From assembly GCA_021791415.1 (NCBI GenBank), contig JAJYWQ010000064.1:91446-155445 (forward strand): DNA of 64,000 nt. Direction: 5' to 3'. Made by a program: the position numbers and the translations under genes. This stretch comes from a bacterium. GTDB lineage: Bacteria; Chloroflexota; Dormibacteria; Aeolococcales; Bog-877. The notes beneath the pieces are model-generated. The model saw only the letters and a list, made by a program, of their open reading frames with translations. It ran no database searches and was not told the origin of the DNA. Below are positions 57,193-64,000 of this stretch, in pieces. Each line of letters starts with the position of its first letter. Position 1 is the stretch's first letter.

Positions 57193-58662
57193 TCAGCTGG
57201 GGCAGCCGGCCGGGGCCGGGCCCAGGCTCAGGGGTGGTGACGCTGCCATCTCACCCGCCCCCGCCAGCGCGACCATCGCCACCGCACCACCCGCCGGGAC
57301 GCTGACCGTGGGCTGGGCCTCGACGTACGTGTAGAAGGCGGGGGCGTTCACCACCCCGCTGGCCACGGTGGCCACACCCCCCGTGCACCGATCCACCTCT
57401 TCCAGCTCCCAGCGCACCGAGTCGGAGGGGTGGGAGCCGAGCTGGGCGGTGACGTTGAACTGGCAGGCGCCACCGCCCGGGGAACACGAGGCGGTCAGAG
57501 CGACCTGCTGGACCGGGGGGGCGGAGGGCGGCCCGAGCAGGGGTATCTCCTCGGGCGGCCCGGATGGCGGAGCGGAAGGCGGAGGCGATGTCGGCGTTGC
57601 GGGCGGGCCGGCCGGAGTGGGGGTGAAGGCCGGCGGCGCCGGCGTGGACGCGGTGGCATGGGGGGCGCGGACCGGAGCCGGCGGATGGCCGCCCAAGGCC
57701 GCCGCAAGCACCCCTGCCGAGATCAGGACCACCGCCGCTCCCAGCAGGGCGAGGGCGGGCGATCTGCCCAGTGCCGGCCGCACGCCAGCACCCGAGCGCG
57801 TGGGCGGCTGGAGAGCGGCCCGGAGCGGCCCGGCGGGGACGGCGCCGGCAGGCATCGCCGCAGCGTCCGGCGGAGGGTCCCCGGCCAGGGTGGGCACCTC
57901 TCTCACGGTCGCGACCGCAGGAGCGTGCCCGGTCGCCGGGAGGGCCTGGGGCAGGCTGGCGCCCAGGGCACCCAGCTGGCTCCGCACTCGGCGGCGCTGG
58001 CGCGCATCCAGGGGCATGGCCCACCGCCAGGCGGCGAGCGCCAGCCCGGCGTCCGCCTCCTCCGCGGCGGCCCCTAGCCCCATGGCCACCGAGCGCAGCA
58101 GGGAGAGGGCCGACCCGTCCCTTCGGGCGGCGCCCGTGACCGAATCCAGCACCCGCTCAAGGAGCTGCCCGGCACGCCCCAGGTCAATGCCCGGAGGCTC
58201 GGCCCCGAGCGAGGCCCAGAGCCCCGGCTCCGCCAACCGAATGCGGCCGTCCGGGCCGACGAGCAACCGCTCCGCATCCAGGCGCTGCTGCACCAGCCCC
58301 CGCCGGTGCAGTGCGGCCAGCGCGGCCAGCATCCCGTCGCCGAGAAGCGCCGCCTGCTCCAGGGTGAGCGGTACCAAGCGGAGGACGGCGCGCAGCTCCG
58401 CTCCCTGTCGCGACCGGAAGGCACAGATCACGTCCCGTCCCTCTGCCACGGCGGCCTCCGGGGGCAGAGTCAGGGCGCCGGGGAGGCGCGCCGCCGCTCG
58501 TAGCCGCTCCACCAGCTCCTTCGCCTCGCGGGGGGAGCCGAGCTGGCGGCGGCGCAGCTCGCAACTCCTCCCCCCCACCGTGGGGCAGGTCCCCACCGGC
58601 TGCTCGGGTAGGTCGACCAGCGGGACCGTCGACCCGTCCCGAAACGAGATCAGTTCAGCCAT
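57193..58662 (-). CDS. Membrane-anchored Hanks-type pseudokinase
   Basis: ALAALHRRGLVQQRLDAERLLVGPDGRIRLAEPGL (HRD and DFG degenerate), TM, Pro-rich linker, Cys-containing C-terminal domain. Confidence 0.7.
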   Translation of the reverse strand: MAELISFRDGSTVPLVDLPEQPVGTCPTVGGRSCELRRRQLGSPREAKELVERLRAAARLPGALTLPPEAAVAEGRDVICAFRSRQGAELRAVLRLVPLTLEQAALLGDGMLAALAALHRRGLVQQRLDAERLLVGPDGRIRLAEPGLWASLGAEPPGIDLGRAGQLLERVLDSVTGAARRDGSALSLLRSVAMGLGAAAEEADAGLALAAWRWAMPLDARQRRRVRSQLGALGASLPQALPATGHAPAVATVREVPTLAGDPPPDAAAMPAGAVPAGPLRAALQPPTRSGAGVRPALGRSPALALLGAAVVLISAGVLAAALGGHPPAPVRAPHATASTPAPPAFTPTPAGPPATPTSPPPSAPPSGPPEEIPLLGPPSAPPVQQVALTASCSPGGGACQFNVTAQLGSHPSDSVRWELEEVDRCTGGVATVASGVVNAPAFYTYVEAQPTVSVPAGGAVAMVALAGAGEMAASPPLSLGPAPAGCPS

Positions 58663-58725
58663 CGTTGCTGATGACAGGCGAGGGTTACAGTTGACGCGGG
58701 CGCGCATGCAGGGTCCGGTTGGCGG

Positions 58726-59760
58726 GTGACGGAGATGAGCTTGCTGTCGGCAGAGTTGGGCATCGACCTGGGGACCGCCAACACGGTGGTCTGCCGCCGC
58801 GACGGCACCATCCTTCTGAACGAGCCCTCGGTCATGCTGGTGACGGTGGGGGCGGACGGCAACCGTCGCCCCATCCTGGTCGGCCGCCAGGCCCGCGAGC
58901 TCACCGGACGGACGCCGGTGGGCATGGCCACGGTTCGACCGATCCGGGACGGCGTGGTCACCGACCTGCAGTCAGCCAAGGGGTTCATCAACGTGGTGAT
59001 CCACCAGGTCACCCGCCGCCCCTGGGAGCGCTTCCGCCCCCGGGCGATCTGCGGGGTCCCGGCCGGAGCGACCGGGTTGGAGAGGCAAGCCCTGGTGGAG
59101 GCGCTGGAGGAGGCGGGGATCGGGCACGCTGACCTCATCCCCGAGCCCGTGGCGGGGGCGATCGGCTGTGGCATCGACCCCCTGGAGGCGCGGGCGCACA
59201 TGGTGGTGGACGTGGGCGGAGGGACCGCCGAGGTGACCGCCATCTGCTTCGGGGGCATCCTGGCGGCCAGCTCATGCCGGGTGGCGGGCGACGAGATGAC
59301 CGCTGCCCTCAACCAGTACCTCCGCCAGGAGCACCACCTGATCGTCGGGGAGCTGACCGCCGAGGACATCAAGATCCGGCTGCGCAAGGTGGACTCCGCC
59401 CCCAGCCCCATAGTGGTCGAGGGGCGCGACGTGTTCAGCGGAAAGCCCCGGATGCAGACCCTGGACCCGGACGAGGCGGCGCTCGCCATCCGCCCCACCG
59501 TGGACGGGATCGTGGAGGCGCTGGCCGAGGTCCTGGACCGCCTGCCGCCCCAGGCGGTGGGCGACATCATGCAAGGAGGGGTGCTGGCGTTCGGCGGCGG
59601 ATCGCTGCTGGAGGGGTTCCAACGCCATCTGGAGGACGCCCTGGGCTTCTCCGTGACGCTGGCGGAGCGACCGCTCACCTGCGTCGCGGAGGGGGCGGCG
59701 AAGGCCCTCTCGCAGCCCCGGGTCCTGGCGGCGTTCAAGGGAGCCCCTCCCCAGGCCTGA
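58726..59760 (+). CDS. mreB: Rod shape-determining protein MreB
   Basis: GIDLGTANT, NEPSV, VVDVGGGTAEV, AEDIKI, GGGSLL. Confidence 0.92.
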   Translation: MTEMSLLSAELGIDLGTANTVVCRRDGTILLNEPSVMLVTVGADGNRRPILVGRQARELTGRTPVGMATVRPIRDGVVTDLQSAKGFINVVIHQVTRRPWERFRPRAICGVPAGATGLERQALVEALEEAGIGHADLIPEPVAGAIGCGIDPLEARAHMVVDVGGGTAEVTAICFGGILAASSCRVAGDEMTAALNQYLRQEHHLIVGELTAEDIKIRLRKVDSAPSPIVVEGRDVFSGKPRMQTLDPDEAALAIRPTVDGIVEALAEVLDRLPPQAVGDIMQGGVLAFGGGSLLEGFQRHLEDALGFSVTLAERPLTCVAEGAAKALSQPRVLAAFKGAPPQA

Positions 59761-59770
59761 GCAGCACCGC

Positions 59771-62700
59771 TCACAGGTGGCCGGTGGCGGCCCAAAGGCG
59801 GGCCGCATGGGCGGCCCCGGGAGCCACCGCCAGCGCCGGGTGCCCCTTCGGTGGAGGCGCGACCGGTGGGGAGGCCGGAGGGGGGCCGGCGATGGGCCCG
59901 GGGGTGGTGGAGGTGATCGCCGCCTGGTGGGCGAAGTAGTACTTGAGAAGCTGGGCGACCGCGGGCTGGTCGGTGTAGTAGCCCTGGCCGCCTCCCCGCA
60001 CCAGCATGCTCGCCACCACCTGCGGGGTGGACATCGGGGCCATGGCGGTGAACCAGGCGTCAGGCCCGCCGTTGGGGGCTGTGGGGTCCTGGGCGGTTCC
60101 CGTCTTGCCCCCGGCGTCCACGTTCAGGGGATTGAGCATGTCGGCCGTCCCCTGGGTCACCGCCAGCCGGAGCCCCTGGCGCACCGGCCCCAGCTCTGAG
60201 GCCCAGGGCAGCGGCCGGGGCGCCGGAGCACGGAGCGGGGTGAGGGAGGAGTCGCTCTCCAGCGCCATGCCCAGCCGCGGAGTGACCTTGGCTCCGGTCC
60301 CCACCTCGGCGGTCCAGACCGCGTCCTGGATGGGGGTGGCCGTCACGTATCCCTGCCCGATGCCCAGGATCACGGTGGAGCCGGGGTACCAGGTCTGGCC
60401 CAGGCTGGCCACCGAGCTGGGGGTTCCCAGGTATCCCGGGCTCTCCCCGGGGAGGTCGATTCCGGTGGGCTGGCCGACCCCCATGGTCTGGGCCGTGCTG
60501 ATGAGGTTCTGGGCCCCCAGAGCCACCGCCAGCTTGTAGAAGTAGACGTCGTTGGACCAGGCGATGGCCTCCGGCAGGTCCTGGGGAGGGAGGGCCTCCC
60601 AGTTGTCGAAGGTGTGCCCGTCGTAGGTGAAGGTGTAGCCGGTGGGGATCACCTCGGAGGGGGGGATGGCTCCGTGGTAGACGTCCGCCGAGGAGACCAC
60701 CAGCTTGAAGTTGGAGCCCGGGGGCATCGCCGTCTGGGTGGCGTGCTCCAGGAGCGGGCTCCCGGGGGCGCTCAGGAGCTGCTCGATGGCGGCGGAGTCC
60801 CGGGGCGCCTCGAAGATCTGGTCGTTGTACGCCGGCCAGCTGGCCATCGCCAGCACCTGCCCGTTCCTGGGGTCGAGGACCACCAGGGCCCCCTCGTCCC
60901 CCCGCTGGGAGCCCGGGTAGGCACCGGAGATGGCCTTCTGCAGTAGTTGGGTAGCCAGCTCTTGCAGCGGCAGGTCCAGTGACGTGACCAGCGTCCGGCC
61001 GTTCACCGGCGGGACGGTGCGCCCCCAGCCGACCGGCACCCCCTGGGCGTTGACCAGGATCCCCTGCCACCCGTACGTGCCCCGCAGGACGGAGTCGTAC
61101 TGGGCCTCCAGCCCCGCCTGGCCCAGCTGGGCCCCGTACGGGAGAAGACCGATCTGTTTGACCTGCTGCGGGGTCTCGACCCCGGTGTAGCCGAGGATTG
61201 GGCCCAGCAAGGCGCCGTAAGGGTAGACGCGACCCAGCGCGGGCTCCACGATCACCCCGGGAACGGAGGCGGCCTGGAGCATCACCGCACGCACAGTGGG
61301 CAGCTGGGCGGCCAGGGTCACCACCCACCCGCCCTGGGTGGGCTGGGCCATCTCCGAGCGCAGCTGGCTGAGCGGCTGGCCGAGGAGCGCCGCCAGCTGG
61401 GACCAGCGGTCCTGGGGCACCAGCTGAGGGACCGCCACCACCTGGTCGGCGGCGGGGTCGGCGGCCAGCACGGTGCCGTGACGGTCCTCTATGAGGCCGC
61501 GCTCCGGGTTGAGGGGGATCCACCTGGTCACCTCGGTGAGGGCCGCCTGCCGGGCCTGGCTGCCGTCGGCCTGCTGGAAGTGATAGGCGACTCCCCCCAT
61601 GAGCAGGAGGCCGGCCGCCAGGAAGGAGGCCGCGGTCCTGGCGAGCCGGGGGCTCTGGCGGAGGCGCGGGGGAAGCCTCCAGAGCCGGCGGCGCTCGGCG
61701 TCCACTCGCCCGCCGAGGATCACCCCGAAGGCCGCCAGGTGGGCCACCGTCACGGTGCCGCCGTATGCCAGGAAGGGGATGGGGACACCGGCGAGCGGGA
61801 GGAGTCCCAGGTTGCCGCCCACGGAGAGGACCACCTCGCCGCCGACCAGCACCGCCATGATCCCCGCCATGAGGGCCACCTGGGGGGTTCGAGCCGAGGC
61901 CGCCGCCGACGCCAGTCGCCAGGTGAGCAGCGCGGCTGCGCCCAGCGCCACCACCCCGGCCACCAGCCCGTACTGCTCGATCAGGCTGGCGAAGGCGAGG
62001 TCGGTCTCCCGGGCCGGCAGGTAGGAGGCGAGCAGCTGGGCGATGGTGGAGTGGCCGATCCCGAGGAGCCCGCCGGAGGCGATGGCGATGTGGGCCTGCT
62101 CCAGGGTGAAGCCCCCGCCCGAGCCGCCCGCCCCGGACAGGAAGCTGTGCAGCCGGGCCAGCTGATAGGGCCTCAGGAGGTGCAGCCCCAGCGGCAGGAG
62201 GACCAACCCCAGAGCTCCGAGCCCCCCGATCACCCGCCAGCGCACCCGGCCCAGGACCAGCGCGGCGACCGCGATCAGGACCAAAAGGGCCGAGGTGCTG
62301 AGGTCGGGCTCGAGGAGGGTCAGGCCCACGGGGATCCCCGTGAGCAGGAGAGCAGCTCCCACCCGGGTGCGCTCGCGCCAGTCCCGCCGCGACATCACCT
62401 CGGCCAGGACAAGTGCCAGCCCCAGCTCCGCCAGCTCCGACGGTTGGAGCACGAAGGAACCGACGTCCAGCCATCGCTTGGCCCCGTACGCCTCGACCCC
62501 GTGGGCGGCCACGCCGAGGAGGAGGAGGACCGAGCCGGCGTACGCCAGCCTCCCGAGCCAGGGCCACCAGCGGCCGGGGGTGCGCCAGGCCCAGAGCATC
62601 ACCAGCAGCCCAAGGACCACCGACACGCTCTGGTGGAGGGCGAGGGAGGCGTCCCCCACCGCCACCAGGTTCATCACCCCCAGGGTGGCCAGCACCCCGA

Positions 62701-62833
62701 TCGCCGCAATCATCACGGGATCGACGCCCGGGGCCGCCTGGGCGATCGCCGGGCCGAGCCTCGACACCGGGGCCAGAGGGCTCCGGCGAGGGCGGCTCAT
62801 GAGGCGGTGGCGGCCACGGGGCATGGAGGGCAT
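59771..62833 (-). CDS. SEDS glycosyltransferase (RodA/FtsW) fused to a class B PBP
   Basis: SEDS motifs GAKRWL, QPSELA, PFLAYGG; then PERGLIEDRHG, GSNFK, WSNDVYFY, GKTGTAQ in one ORF. Start could be 62833, 62824 or 62800. Confidence 0.9.
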   Translation of the reverse strand: MPSMPRGRHRLMSRPRRSPLAPVSRLGPAIAQAAPGVDPVMIAAIGVLATLGVMNLVAVGDASLALHQSVSVVLGLLVMLWAWRTPGRWWPWLGRLAYAGSVLLLLGVAAHGVEAYGAKRWLDVGSFVLQPSELAELGLALVLAEVMSRRDWRERTRVGAALLLTGIPVGLTLLEPDLSTSALLVLIAVAALVLGRVRWRVIGGLGALGLVLLPLGLHLLRPYQLARLHSFLSGAGGSGGGFTLEQAHIAIASGGLLGIGHSTIAQLLASYLPARETDLAFASLIEQYGLVAGVVALGAAALLTWRLASAAASARTPQVALMAGIMAVLVGGEVVLSVGGNLGLLPLAGVPIPFLAYGGTVTVAHLAAFGVILGGRVDAERRRLWRLPPRLRQSPRLARTAASFLAAGLLLMGGVAYHFQQADGSQARQAALTEVTRWIPLNPERGLIEDRHGTVLAADPAADQVVAVPQLVPQDRWSQLAALLGQPLSQLRSEMAQPTQGGWVVTLAAQLPTVRAVMLQAASVPGVIVEPALGRVYPYGALLGPILGYTGVETPQQVKQIGLLPYGAQLGQAGLEAQYDSVLRGTYGWQGILVNAQGVPVGWGRTVPPVNGRTLVTSLDLPLQELATQLLQKAISGAYPGSQRGDEGALVVLDPRNGQVLAMASWPAYNDQIFEAPRDSAAIEQLLSAPGSPLLEHATQTAMPPGSNFKLVVSSADVYHGAIPPSEVIPTGYTFTYDGHTFDNWEALPPQDLPEAIAWSNDVYFYKLAVALGAQNLISTAQTMGVGQPTGIDLPGESPGYLGTPSSVASLGQTWYPGSTVILGIGQGYVTATPIQDAVWTAEVGTGAKVTPRLGMALESDSSLTPLRAPAPRPLPWASELGPVRQGLRLAVTQGTADMLNPLNVDAGGKTGTAQDPTAPNGGPDAWFTAMAPMSTPQVVASMLVRGGGQGYYTDQPAVAQLLKYYFAHQAAITSTTPGPIAGPPPASPPVAPPPKGHPALAVAPGAAHAARLWAATGHL

Positions 62834-62900
62834 CCGTCAGAGGGCTGCGTGGGTAGCGTCCGGGTTGGGCAGGGGTAAGCCTCCCCGCACCCCTCACCCG

Positions 62901-62931
62901 CTGCAACGCTGCCGGCGGCCGGGTTGTTTCG
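62901..62931 (-). promoter_or_regulatory. Putative ECF sigma promoter CGAAAC-N17-CGTT
   Basis: Same GAAAC-N17-CGTTGCAG motif as at 16122-16151. Confidence 0.65.
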
Positions 62932-63004
62932 CCGCTCCCCATGGTGGCACCGATGGCCGACATCGTTGCCCGGGGACGCGGGCCGGGCCGCCTAAACTCG
63001 GCGT

Positions 63005-63400
63005 GTGGAGAGCGCCCACATCGTGCTGGCGGAGGACGAGCCGATGATCGGCCGCATTCTGGAGTTCAAGCTCACCCAGGAGGGCCATCGGGTGACCTGG
63101 GTCCGCTCGGCGGCCGAGGCCGAGGCCCTGTGCCGGGAGGGGGACGTCGATCTCTTGCTCTGCGATGTCACCCTGGAGGAGGATGGCCGGGACCTCTGCC
63201 GACGGCTGCTGGCCTCCGGCTCCGAGCCGTCAGCCGGGGTGGTCCTGATGCCGGAGCAGCGGGACCCCAGGGGGGAGGAGATGGCCCGGGCGGCCGGCGC
63301 TCGGGAGGTGGTGATAAAGCCCTTCAAGCCCACCATCGTGGCCGCCCGGCTGCGGGCGCTGCTGGAGGCCGCTGGGCGGGTGGCTCCCGGCCCTAGTTGA
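63005..63400 (+). CDS. Single-domain response regulator
   Basis: VLAEDEP, LLCDV, IKPF. Confidence 0.85.
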   Translation: MESAHIVLAEDEPMIGRILEFKLTQEGHRVTWVRSAAEAEALCREGDVDLLLCDVTLEEDGRDLCRRLLASGSEPSAGVVLMPEQRDPRGEEMARAAGAREVVIKPFKPTIVAARLRALLEAAGRVAPGPS

Positions 63401-63707
63401 GCTGCCCCAGCCCGCGCAGCTGTTCGAACCGGTAGATGCCGGTGTCGTGGCCGTCGGCCCAGATCACCTTGAGCCCATAGTTGCCCACGAGGGCCATGTC
63501 GGCCAGCTCGTCCTCCCCGGGGTGGAGCTCGGGATCCACCTCGAAGCGCCCCGGGGCCCCCAGCTCGCCGCGGCAGGAGGCGCAGGGGCAGGCGCGCCTG
63601 AGTTCTCCGAAGGCGATCACCTGCCGCCTGCCGTCCCGCCACTCGACCACCAGCGCCCGGCCTTCCTCGTCATAGGCGAACCGGGTGGGGGTCGGCAGTT
63701 CCTTCAC
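63393..63707 (-). CDS. DUF971 family protein
   Basis: [25 protein letters not shown]. Confidence 0.9.
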   Translation of the reverse strand: MKELPTPTRFAYDEEGRALVVEWRDGRRQVIAFGELRRACPCASCRGELGAPGRFEVDPELHPGEDELADMALVGNYGLKVIWADGHDTGIYRFEQLRGLGQLN

Positions 63708-63763
63708 CTTCTCATGATCTCATCACCCCTGGCAGCGCCCCCAGCCGCTATCCTGGCCGCGCC

Positions 63764-64000
63764 GTGGCAAAGGATCATCTGAGCGACATCCACATCCTGA
63801 CCACCGACCCGGGCAGCCCCACCGACCGCAACCTGGCCATGGATCTGGTCCGGGTGACGGAGGGGGCGGCGATGTCGGCAGCCCGCTTCATGGGCCGCGA
63901 CGACAAGATCGCCGCCGACCGGGCCGCCGTCGAGTCGATGCGGCGCAGCCTCGCCTACGTCGACATGGCGGGGGTGGTGAAGATCGGGGAGGGCGAGAAG
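63764..64000 (+). CDS. glpX: Class II fructose-1,6-bisphosphatase (5' part; runs off the right edge)
   Basis: Manual translation: [16 protein letters not shown]...[11 protein letters not shown]...[10 protein letters not shown]. Confidence 0.92.
   Translation, partial: MAKDHLSDIHILTTDPGSPTDRNLAMDLVRVTEGAAMSAARFMGRDDKIAADRAAVESMRRSLAYVDMAGVVKIGEGEK

Noticed and set aside
58663..58725. MtrA/WalR-like boxes (TGACA/TTACA) near mreB and the hydrolase genes
   Set aside because: Half-sites are short and do not show the expected 11-bp period.

Overview
High-GC bacterial chromosome segment, densely coded. The gene content suggests a monoderm, and a Dormibacterota/Chloroflexota/Actinomycetota-like origin is my inference only. 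From left to right it holds an acetate module (acs, LytS/LytTR two-component system, DUF485, ActP), a glycolipid/acyl-transfer operon, fumC, PBP1A, hemE, an M20 peptidase with an OSBS/NSAR enzyme, folB, dtd, a MoxR/DUF58/RDD/SpoIIM module interrupted by ispH, tRNA-Glu(CTC), GH15, mreB, a RodA-PBP2 fusion and glpX. The main candidate novel system is two paralogous Gram-positive-type T4SS-like gene sets: 19.0-26.2 kb (VirD4, pilin, VirB6, PrgI, VirB4, CHAP) and 36.6-41.1 kb (PrgI, VirB4, pilin, VirB6). They are interleaved with housekeeping genes and have no relaxase, integrase or att site in the window, which suggests a domesticated DNA-exchange or secretion machine. Many peptidoglycan hydrolases and synthases surround them. 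Regulatory signals read from the sequence: three BtsR-like LytTR boxes with a 21-bp period upstream of acs, a second 21-bp-period repeat upstream of virD4, the same ECF-type promoter (GAAAC-N17-CGTTGCAG) before both peptidoglycan synthases, and many leaderless -10 boxes. All calls come from motif recognition by eye; no database searches were run.
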